A stretch of 64,000 nucleotides of DNA from Neocallimastix sp. 'constans' (lineage: Eukaryota). The notes under the pieces are model-generated. The model did no database searches. It was not told the DNA's origin and worked only from the letters and a program-made list of their open reading frames with translations. A program made the position numbers and the translations under genes. Below are positions 13,658-25,061 of this stretch, piece after piece (the stretch's first letter is position 1; each line of letters starts with the position of its first letter). The DNA is taken from contig JBODTK010000153.1 of the NCBI GenBank assembly GCA_050613775.1, positions 310,001 through 374,000 of the forward strand, read 5' to 3'.

Positions 13658-16600
13658 CTTTTTATTACAAATGTTGTTAAGCTGTATGGTTTCTGAGGGG
13701 ATCAGCAATTAGTATAATAATAAAATCTAAATTACTATTCAATTTTTAATGCAATCTTTATTTTTTATATAAATCATAACTGTAGTTTTTTAAATCAATT
13801 TTTCAATTAAAAGAATTTTTTACACTATACTACTAACAATATTGTTTTTTTATTTTTTTCTCTTATATTTCTAAAATTTTTCTATTCTATATATATATAT
13901 ATATATATATATTTTTTTTATCTTTATATATTTTACTTTATATTTCTATATAAATTTTTACTTTAGGTTTTTAATTTTCATATCCTTTTAAAATATTTTC
14001 ATTTTAAATAAATTTATTATTTTACATTATATTTTATTGAATAAATAATTTTTCCACTAACATTGTTTTTTTAATATATCTTAGGAAATTCAATTCATGT
14101 GAAACAATTAACTTTTATATTTAGTAAACTTAAATGTTAATATTTTATATAATTCTTTGGTATACAATCCTTTTAATCAATTCACTATAAATAGAAATTA
14201 AGTCAGTTTTGTTATCATCAAACTCTAAACATGGATGCTTCTAGCTCAATTAATACTACTCCCTTCCATCGTGGTTTTTACTGCTTCGGTAATCATATGA
14301 ACAATTATAGCCTTATCTTTATCCATAACCTTAATTCTTGGTCCCCTAGTAATCTAATGGCTCAAGTTATTAGTAAGATCCCTAACTACAATGAAATTAT
14401 TCCATATGCTAAAAAACTTTTTTCTCCAAGGTACGGCTCATACTTCATTATTAGGGTTAATAAACACAAAAATGATCTCAAATTTTTCGATGTTTTAGAT
14501 TTCTTAAGAGATAAAATTCCTGAAACAGCTAAAATTACCTGGACCTTCTATAATAAACTTAAACAAATGAACAAGTCAAGTAAATCTAATAACATTGATG
14601 TTGAACTTAATCCTATGGCGAAAGATTTTTTCTCTAGCCATCTAAATTCAAATTCTTCTTTCTTTAACCTCTGTGTTAGTTGGAATATTAACGGTTGGAA
14701 TACTGAAAAGCGTGATAGTATTTTATATCTCAACTCTATTTTCAAACCTATATGTATCTGTTTACAAGAAACTGGAAGAAGTAAATATCTTCCAAAAGAT
14801 GTTTCATCACCATTAATTCCATATTACAACTCAGTTTTCCTTGGAGCTAATCCTAAAATCCCTGGTATGAGAGGACTCTTTGTTGGTGTTCATTCTTCGT
14901 GCTCTTTCTTCCAAGAACCGTTTTTATACAAATATATCATTTCAGTAAATATTACTTCTTTCTGGAATCAAAAATGTACTATTGGTAATATCTACTTCCC
15001 TCAAAGCAAATGGAAGGAAGAAAGACTAGCTGCTTTTGATGAACTTTCTCAATGGTTACGTTTTCACAATAGAAAAAACGTTCCTGCTGTCCTAGTTGGT
15101 GATTTTAACATATCATTAAAGAAGATCAAAACATACATTTCAAATAATTTTCCTAATTGGTATATTGCTCCCTTATATGGTAATAAATTTACTTATGCCA
15201 AAGGTACTAGATCATCTTGCATTGACCATGTCATCTATAATGAGGCTTTGGCAGCTCATTTTAATAAAACCTCGGTTTGCACTTCATTTTATGGTATTTC
15301 TGATCATAAACCTATTATACTTTCTTGCAACAAAGTTCTCTCTGATGGCTTTATAAGGCCTGCTAAAGTTTCTAAATGGTCTATACATATTTGTAAAACA
15401 AAAAATTCAGATATTTTATCACATAATTATTTTTCAATCTTAGCAAATAACCTCGATTCTCATTACAATTCGCTCACGACTGATGAAATGGTAGAAAAAT
15501 TTGTCAATACAGCAAATAATATCGGGAAGGATATTAAGGCTTTCATTCCAACAAATTTAAAGGGCTCTGCTTTTCATTGTCCTTATTACATTAAAAAACT
15601 GTCTCATGAAAAACATATTGCATTTCGAAATATTAAGCTTTACTTTAACTGTGAAAATGTTGATAATTACCTTGAACAATTTAATAAATATGAAAAACTT
15701 TGCAAATTAATCAAGAAAACAAAGAGCAAATTTGTTCTGCTAGATTTAAAGCTAATATAGTAAAAATTGGTAATTATTTTTTGAATAAAGATTTCAAAAA
15801 TGGTTGGAGATGTTTAAAAAAAATGGCTAAACCATCGTATTCATCTACCTCCCCTACTTGCATAAAATCTAAATTCTGTTAAGATATTATCTCTCCTACT
15901 AAACAATTAGATAGATGGGCTGAATATTATAAAGATCTAGCTTCTGATCCCTCAGGTCACAGCCTTAATCGTAACTTCTGGATCCATGCTTTAAGGAATA
16001 TTAGTCTTAGATCCTCTACCTGGAATATCAACGATCCCATTACGATTGACGATATTAAAAAAACAATTTCATCTATGAAAAACAACAAAGCACCCGGCCC
16101 CGATGGTATCCCGATTGAATTCTACAAAGCTCTGTTTTGCAATGAAGAATTACTAGAAACACATCCTGCCGCTGGAAAGTGCCTTAAATTGATTTTTAAT
16201 AAAATATGGAATGGGTCTTTTCCTAAAAAATGGAACTCAGCTTCTATTGTATCAATCCCTAAGAAAGGTGACCTATCAGATTGTAGTAATTATTGAGGTA
16301 TTTCTCTCATTAATGTTGGACTGAAAATCATTTCAAAAATTATAACAGATAGAATATCTACTTACGCACTCTCACACAATTTCATTAGACCTGAACAATT
16401 TGGTTTTCGCAATCGTGAAGAATGCATTAGTTTATTCATTTCCGTTAGAGAAATATGCCAAAGAAGAAAATTTCAAGGAAAATTCACATATTTAGCCTTT
16501 TTAGATCTTAAAAAAGCTTATGATTCAGTTCCTATTTTTAACATTCTTACTAAATTATATCATTATGGAGTACGTGGTAAATGTTTTGATTTTCTATGTA

Positions 16601-18523
16601 ATTTATATACTTCATCTAAAGCTCGTGCTCGATTTGCTTCAATGTTATCAAATGAATTTCCTATTAAAAGAGGTGTTCGTCAAGGTTGTCCGTTATCTCC
16701 GATCTTATTCAATTTATTCATCAATGATATATTAAATGATTGTGAAAAATATGGTGTTAATATTGGAAGAAAAAAAATGTTGTGGTGGACTCTTTACTGA
16801 TGATGTTGTTCTCATTGCTCCAAGTGCAAAAAATTTAGAAAAATTATTAAAAAAAGGTACATAGATGGGCTAATTTAAATGAAATGACTTTTGGTATTGA
16901 AAAATGTGCAACTATGGTTATAAAACCAATGAACTTCCAATCTCTTCCAAACTATAGTGGCCCAACCTTCTATTTAGGAATGAATGCTATTCCTAAAGTT
17001 TCTAGTTATATTTATCTTGGTATTCCTTTCTCTGATGATCTCTTACTAGAACACATTATATCTCACATGCATTTTAAAGTTAGAAAATCCCTTCTTTCAT
17101 TTACACATTTCTTCTCAAATAAACTTATCCCTATTGCATACAAGAAAAAAGTTCTTCAATCCTTTGTTATTAGTAAAGTAATTTATTATTCTCCTTTACT
17201 TGGTTCAAACAAATCTAGAACGGCCAGAATTCAAACATTAATTAATACTGGTCTATTTTGGTGTATCGGCTCCTTCTCTAAAAATGGTAAAACAAGTTCA
17301 GAAGACAATGACTATATTAGACATAATTCTACTATAAGTACTTATGCTTTATCTCGAGATCTAAGCATTCCTCCTATTGCTGGTGTCTGCGCAGCCTTAC
17401 AGATTAAATCATTTGCAAAATGGAGTAAATCAAATTGTATTATAAAAAGGATCTTATTAAATCTATTCCCAAAATGCCTTATTATTCCTGGACTAAAGAA
17501 TCTAGAACACTATATAAAAAAATCAAAAAATATAAATGTGAAAAATATGACGATATTTTAGAACGTTACTGGAAATCAGTTTCCAAATTTCAAGGTATTA
17601 AAGGTCAAAATTACGATTGTAATTAGTTCTCAAACAATAAAGCTATAATTATGCTTAGCTTAAAATATCCCCAATTTAACTTGGGGTTTTCGTGGATTAT
17701 ACGTTTACGCTGTGGTTATAAATACAATACTACTATTGCTATTAGAATGGGTAGAGTTTCAGAAGATTGTCCCAAGTCTTGCCCCTGTTGTGGCGAAGAT
17801 AAACAATCTTTTGAACATTGTATTTTTAAATGCGATGCTCTTGCATCTTTTCTTTAAATTTCATCGATGATATCTATGTTTTATTCCGTTTAATCCTCTT
17901 TCTTCTTATGACTCTATTTCTAATTTTGAAGATTATATCAATCATTATATATACTTGTTCCTTCTTGGTGGGACTTTAGTTTTAAATGAGCTACATTTCG
18001 ATAGTGGGAAACAGAGACAATTAAATGAACTACTTTTCAATTGGTTCATTCTGAGTCACCTGTTCCAAAAATTGTGGGCTTGGCGGAATTCTTAACAAGG
18101 GCAATACCTATCATAAGTAATTCGTTTGAGTTATTATTTGATAGGTATTGCAAAATACCAAACTTATCCAAGAGCGTCGACGTCGTACTGATAAGGCATA
18201 ATGATAATACAGGACCAGCATCTATTTCTACGAAGGATGAATCTTGCCCTAGTAGTTCAATAAATGATGAATCCGGGGAGAGTTTAGTGGACATCACACT
18301 ATCTATTTTAAAGATGTTACTTCTAGGTTTTATTTCTTTTTTATTTGTTAGGAAGGGAAAAATTCCCGCATAGTACAACTTGCCGAAATACATAGTATTT
18401 TCGAGCTTTTTTATTTTTTTATTTATTAATTTTTTATTTTTAATTTCAAATGTACTTTTCACCTACATGTATTTTTTAAAATAAAATTTAATAAAGTTTT
18501 GGAAGTGTATTCTCTTCCCTGTC

Positions 18524-18567
<44 letters not shown>
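13589..18567 (+). mobile_element. Near full-length LINE family A (APE endonuclease - RT - CCHC), disabled by stops and frameshifts
   Basis: APE motifs SWNING, CLQET, GDFN, CIDH and SDH (ORF 14231-15760). RT motifs KAPGPDGIP, NY*GISL (TGA at 16294), QFGFR, FLDLKKAYDSV, GVRQGCPLSPILF, LFTDD and YLG. C-terminal CPCC..EH..C. Poly-A at 18527-18567. Confidence 0.95.
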
Positions 18568-18569
<2 letters not shown>

Positions 18570-18630
18570 CTTTTTATTACATGTATTTTATCATATATTT
18601 AATTAATAAAGATGAAACAAGTTTGTTGCC

Positions 18631-18667
<37 letters not shown>
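18568..18667 (+). mobile_element. LINE family B 3' tail with a second poly-A, inside the same TSD pair as the family A copy
   Basis: attacatgtat...aataaagatgaaacaagttt.(t/c)tgccgtt(A)n matches the B tail at ~39105-39199. Confidence 0.85.
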
Positions 18668-18672
<5 letters not shown>

Positions 18673-19318
18673 CTAAAGCTGCGAAAATAATAGATCCAAT
18701 GTGTCTTAATTTTTTTCCCTGTTGTAAAAATAATAAACAATGGATAAGACATTGGTTAATTGATTGTTCAATTTTCAATCATATTTGTAGTAAAGTTAAT
18801 GATAGAATTTTATTTTTTTATAATGCTTTTAACCGTGGCAACCTAACAAACGATATCGTTAATAGTAATAATTATAATAGTAACAGTAATAATAGTTATA
18901 GTAATAATAGTTATAATAATAATAGTAATATTATTATTAGTAATATTAGTAATAGGATTGAAAATAATGTATATGTTGATTCTAATGTGTGTGAAAAAGT
19001 GTTTAATTTCCTTCTTGGAGGTCGAAGTATTAATAACAGTACAAGGGAATGGGAGGATCTATTTAAGTGCCAGATGAAATCAGGTGCTTATTCTGATACT
19101 CCGTTCTTGGTGGCTACTGCGGCACTTCTCCAATCGATTATACCTATTGCTATTGGCCAGCAATGGTCTTTGTTCAATAAGTTCAAATCGAATCGTACTA
19201 CTACCAAGAGCGTTAATGCTGAAGAAACAGTAAGACAGGCCAGCAAGGCTAGCACAACCAATGAAGATCAATGAAGATCATAATTTCGTATCTTAAAATT
19301 TTGATTAACATTGTGAAG
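18668..19318 (+). mobile_element. LINE family B fragment, right part (Zn knuckle and C-terminal region)
   Basis: Continues 13478-13588 across TSD AATTGCTAAAGCT. Reads PCC..HW..DC and FLLGG, and is highly similar to 38300-38975. Confidence 0.9.
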
Positions 19319-19320
19319 GA

Positions 19321-19702
19321 ATAGTCTATATCCTGTGTACTAATTTCAATTATCTGTGATTCTGATGATAATCGATGGTTATCCTTTTTAAAGTGGCTTC
19401 TAGTACGAAAAGTATAAATTGGAATACAGGATGACTGTAGAAAGTGAACCTGATGTTTTATATTGCTTTAAACTGGATAGGTAGTAACATTGAAGTTGTA
19501 TAATTAATAATATCATGTAGTTTCTACATATTATCATTGTAATGAATCTAATGTATTTTTTTTTTTTACTTTAGCATTATTTTGTATATGTATTTTTTTT
19601 ATAGTATTATTTACACTTTCATGTAGCTATTGTAAAATGGAAATGTAGGGTGTAGGGGACTGATTCACTCCAAAGCTTGTGTTTAAGACATTATTTAACG
19701 GA
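19321..19702. repeat. Unclassified dispersed repeat 'X', copy 1
   Basis: Collinear similarity with 39200-39555 (ctgatgataatcgatggttatcc...gtagtaacattgaagt...gattcactcca.agcttg...ttatttaacgga). Confidence 0.85.
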
Positions 19703-20524
19703 AGGGAATCTTTTTATGGTCTTTCTTTACTTCTTTCTTATTTTAATATTTTAGAATATGAAAATTTCATAAACAGGTTTTTTATATATTCCTTCTTGGT
19801 GGAATTTTCAGCTTTAGATGAGCTACAATTCGATACTGGGGGAACGGGAACATTTAAGTGAACAACTCCTAAAGAGAAAGAGTTCACAGAGGTCTACTGT
19901 TCCGTATATTGTGGGGCTTGCGGAATATCTTGCTAATACAATATCAATCATCAGTAGCTCTCTTGAGTTACTTTTTGAGTGATTTAGCGAAAACACTTTC
20001 ATTACCAAGAGTGCCGACGTCGTATCGATATGGCAAAGGAATAGCGCAGTTAGAAGTCCTGTTAATTCTCATTAATACACATTTACTAACAGTACAGTTC
20101 CTAACACAGAACCTATAATAAGTAATTCAATTTTTTAACGATCTTTCTTGTGGTTCAGGGGAGAGTTTAGTGGATACCACAATATCTATTTCAAAGATGT
20201 TACTTCTTTGTTTTATTATTTTAGATTTAACTGGTGATCATGTTACTACTCGTAGTATACATCACACCGAATTTTTATTTTAACTTTTGAACTTATTTTC
20301 ATTCTTTATTACATTAAATTTTTTTCATGATTAATTAAAATTTGTTATTTCTTAACTTTTTATTATTTTTTTATTTTACTTAATCTTTTACATGCATTTT
20401 TTTTTTTTTTAACTTTAAATTATAAAATGTATTTTTTTTAAAAATGTAATACATAAAAATATTTTAATCTATTTAATAAAGCATATGAAGTGTATTCTCT
20501 TCCTAGTCTAAAAAAAAAAAAAAA
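19703..20524 (+). mobile_element. 5'-truncated LINE, A-related family (A'), with poly-A
   Basis: Contains ttccttcttggtgg (FLLG), gtggggcttgcggaa and accaagagtgccgacgtcgta. Shares the GGGGAGAGTTTAGTGGA motif and the gtgtattctcttcc..gtct(A)n tail with family A. Confidence 0.85.
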
Positions 20525-20569
20525 TTTATTTTAATAAAGCACTGAAAGTGTATTCTTTAATAATTATAA

Positions 20570-22618
20570 AAAATATGGAATTTCTATTGGCGATAAACGT
20601 TGATGTGGAGGTCTTTTTTGCAGATGACATTGTGTTATGTGCTCCAATAAGATCCCAACAAAAGAAATTGTTAAAGTTTGCCAGTAAATGAGCTAGAAAT
20701 AACGAAATGTCATTTGGTATCAATAAATGTGCCAGTTTTAGTAGTACGAGGGAAAGTTTTGAGATTTCTTTATAATAGTAACCTTACACATTTTATCTTT
20801 CAAGCCAAGAGTTATCTAAAACGAATTGCTATACCTACTTAGGTATACCGTTTTCAAATGATTTAGAATTGAAACCGATCATACCAAGAATGAATAATAA
20901 AGTAAGAAAAGTACTTTATTCCATAAAAGGATTTCTTAAGAATCTTCATATTCCTATCCCTTATAAAAGAATGTTATTTTTAACTATAGTAATCCTCATA
21001 TTCCTATCCCTTATAAAAGAATGTTGTTTTCAGCTATAGTAATTGGACAAGTTTCATATTATGCACCTCTACTTGGATCTAACAGAGAAAGAACGAGAAA
21101 AACACAGACACTAATTAATTCAGGATTATACTGAATTGAAGGATTTTCTAAAGGGAATAGATTTACATCCCTTTATTGTGTTTCTAAAGAACTTAACATT
21201 CCTCCTCTTTCGGGCGAAATGTGCAATTGCTCAGGTAAGGTGTTTTAAAAAAGTGGAAAGACTCGAAATATATTATCTCTGATTTACATAGAGATATATC
21301 TCGTTTTGGACGTCATGCATGGGATAAAAAAAGTAAAAATTTTAGCTGACAAATTAGATAAATTTCCATCAAAAAAAAAAGCAATTGAAAACTTTTACTG
21401 GGATAGAGATATGGCAGGAAAATCAATCAAGGCTAATGCTTATAAGAAAAATAAATTTGAGAAAAGGAGAGACTACCTAAAGCTCATCTTCAAGTATCCT
21501 GAATTTATCATTGGCTTCCGACGAGTACATCGTGGCAGATGTGGATATAAATTCGATGCTCGTGTTGCCAAAGCTGCCAAAATGATTGAAGAAGATTATC
21601 CTGAAAGATGTCCTTGTTGATATAGAAGAAATAGTAATCCTCGATTGGAACATTACTTTTCTAAATGCTATCTTTTCTGTGAATTTCGAATGAAAATATT
21701 TTAAGAATATTGAAAAATATTTTATAATTTCTAAATATTGTCCAATATCAAATAGTAATGTAAATACTGTTATCACAAATATGAATAGTAAAGAATCAAG
21801 TTCTGATTATGATCGTAGTAATGAAGTTTATAATATTAATAATAATAGCAATAGAAATAATATTGTTAATAATAGTAGAATTAATGATAATGAAAATAAA
21901 AATATTAATATTAGTAATAGTGAAAGTAATGATATCGTTAAGCAACTACTAATGTAGTGAATAGTTCAATTGGTGAAAATCGTGATAATTTAAGTAATTT
22001 TCTGAATAATGAGTGTGTAAATATATATGTAACGTGATACCAATTATATAACTTCCTTCTTGGTGGAAGAGATGCAAACATTATTGATATGTGTTATAAA
22101 AAGGAATGGGATATTTTGTTTAAGAACCAAATCATTTCTGGGGATTGTTCAAAAACGCCATTCTTGGAGTGATCTGTGGCTCTCTTTACAGAAATTATGC
22201 CTCGGGCTAGTACTCGACAATGATTGCTATTTCCGAAAGTATAAGCGCAAACTAATGAGGGGCGTTAACGCATATAATTCAGTAAGACAAGCTAGCAGAA
22301 TCAATGCCTCTTAAGGAGAAGACCATAATTTCTTTCAGATAGTCAATTCAAATACTAATCCATAAGGATATGAGGTTTGTTACAGAGAAACTTTTTTCTA
22401 AATTCATTTATACACTTTATTTTTGAATATTATTTTGTATTTTATGTTACTATTTTAAATATTATTATGTTCTAATTGGACAAATAATATTTATTTATTG
22501 TATTAACTCTGTGTTTTTTTTTCTTATTAAAATTAAAAATATTCATGTAATTTATAAAAGAATACATAAATAAAGATTAAAGTTCGCAATAATTGTGGCT
22601 ATAAAAAAAAAAAAAAAA
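20570..22618 (+). mobile_element. 5'-truncated, decayed LINE family C (RT C-terminal half to poly-A)
   Basis: Reads FFADDIVL, EMSFGINKCA, YTYLGIPF, YAPLLGSN, RCGYKFDARVA, CPC and FLLGG. Tail aataaagattaaagtt...ggctat(A)n. Internal 50-bp tandem duplication at 20941-21040. Confidence 0.9.
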
Positions 22619-22669
22619 TTATTTAAAAAATTATATGAAAAATATATATATAATGTTTCTCTTGATTTA

Positions 22670-22735
22670 AATGAGAGAGTTTAGTGACAACCATACTATC
22701 TACTTTACATTATAATTATTACTTCTTTTCATTTA

Positions 22736-22776
<41 letters not shown>

Positions 22777-23150
22777 AGTAGAAATGATTTTCCATTGATA
22801 TCATACTATCGTAGTTACTTCGAAAATTTTTTTCTTTATTATTATTGTATTACATTAATTTTAATTTTTTTTATCAATTATTATATAAAGTAATGAAAAT
22901 ATATTCTCTTCTTATGTACAAAATTGTTTGTTAAACCAAAAAGAAATTTATACCTTCAAGATATTATAAAAATTTTATATTTAAACTTGATATGAACGGT
23001 CTACTGAGTATTAATTGATTTACATATTTTGAATTACCTTATAATGAATTATTGAATTTGGGGCCTCATTATTGCTAAAATGAACATGTAAAATAAAATA
23101 TTTTTATTTAAAGCATTTCTTTTGATATGGAAAAAGTATTATGTTACAAT
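22670..23150 (+). mobile_element. Old LINE fragments: A-like 3' UTR (22670-22920) followed by a D-like post-RT piece
   Basis: gagagagtttagtgacaaccatactatctac and atattctcttc match the A-type tail. 22924-23100 aligns with 40415-40590. Confidence 0.7.
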
Positions 23151-24659
23151 ATATCATTGTTTTTTTAATTTTTGTTCTACTTTATATGGTATTATTACTT
23201 TTTTAATGTTAAAAAATAATATGAATTTTAATTATATATAAATATATGTATTTAAAATTATAATTATTAATCACTAAATAAAATAATTAAATTATTTATC
23301 TTTAGCAAATTACAGATATTTTTATTTTCCTAATTAATAATAATATAATAAATAAAAATATTATAATTTAAATAATAGAATAAATAATAAAAATATTATA
23401 ATTTAATATTTTCAGTCTTATTGAATATCTTTTTTTTTATCTAATAAATCTAATGATTTTATTTTATTTTATTTTATTATAGGTATATATGTATTTTATT
23501 TTTATTTTATTTTATATCGTATTTATTCTTATTTATTTTCATAGAATAGGAACCTTCATGGATTAATTTTTAATCCATCAATAATATTTTAAAGAAATCA
23601 TAAAGTTTTTCTAATTATCAATTACTAACTCTTTTCACATCTTTTTTCTTTTTCTTTTTTTTTTTTTTTTTTTTTTAAAAAAAAGAATAAAAATAAAATA
23701 AAAGATATATTTTTTAATAATCTTATTGCTATATTGTTAAATAAAGCTCTTTAGGGCTTTATCTAATAATGTTAAAATAACAAAAGGTGTATATATTTTA
23801 ACATATATTCATAGTATAATTATAAGACAGGATAAATGTATATTGATATATAATATACTTATTTACTTATTTTATATATTATATTAAGAATGATTTTTTT
23901 TTTTCTCGTCTTGGCTCCAAATATATATACTTGAAACATTTATTTATTATAAAACATTGATGTTGATATATTGAAGCGGCTCATTGATTCTTTACATAAT
24001 ATATTAAAAAAAAAAAAAAATTTATACATTCTATACAAAATATTAAAAAAAATTTTTTTATTGAAATAAATATATTTATGTAATTTATAACCTTACCATA
24101 TGGAATTTAAGCTTTAAAACAAACTACATTTCTAATTCTAGAAGAATAAAAAAATTATTTAAAAAAAATGTTGTATCAATTATTACTAAATCTCACTTTT
24201 TATATTTGATTATTATTAAAATAAAAAATGAAAAAATATATATTTTGTAATTAAAAAGGTCAAAATGACATGAATATGATAAAGAACTTTTTTTTTTTTT
24301 TTTTTATTTTATATAATAGAAATAGCTATTTATTTTTTTATATAATGCCAAAAAAAAAAAAATATATCTGATAATTTTTATTTATAGTAACTACAAAGTT
24401 TTAATGATTGTTTACACTTTTTTTTTTTTTTTTTTTTACAATATCAATAACAATAACAAAGAATTAAGAATTGTTAATAATATTATTATTTTTGATATTA
24501 TTAAAAAATTTTATATCTTTTAAATTAAAAAAATAAATTATCCAAATAGCTTCATTTTTTTTTTAATATCACTAACAGAAAAATACCATAGATAATAAAT
24601 ACTTTATAAATAAAATTAAATCATTCATTATTAGTAAAATTTTATGTTACTAATATAAA

Positions 24660-24718
<59 letters not shown>

Positions 24719-24965
24719 TTAATTCATATTAATAAGTAATTTTAAATTTTAAACATTATGAAATATGTAAAATTTATATATATCATTGAATAGAAATAAA
24801 AATAAATATTAATAGTAAAGAATAAAAAAAAAAACATCATTAAAAAATAATAATAATAAAAAGTAATTATTTTGATAAATATATACAATTAATTACAAGA
24901 AAAAAACAATAATGATAATATATATTAGCTGATATTGAACAATTAAAAATAATTAATAAAGTAAA

Positions 24966-25061
<96 letters not shown>

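Noticed and set aside
14231..17857. Bacterial-type RT system (retron, group II intron, DGR) or programmed frameshifting
   Set aside because: The APE endonuclease, poly-A tail and TSD identify a LINE. The scattered stops and homopolymer frameshifts fit decay or sequencing error.
18275..18420. Self-cleaving ribozyme in the LINE 3' region
   Set aside because: I could not fit a hammerhead core (CTGATGA...GAAA with three stems) or an HDV-like fold by eye. Retained only as a structured-tail hypothesis.
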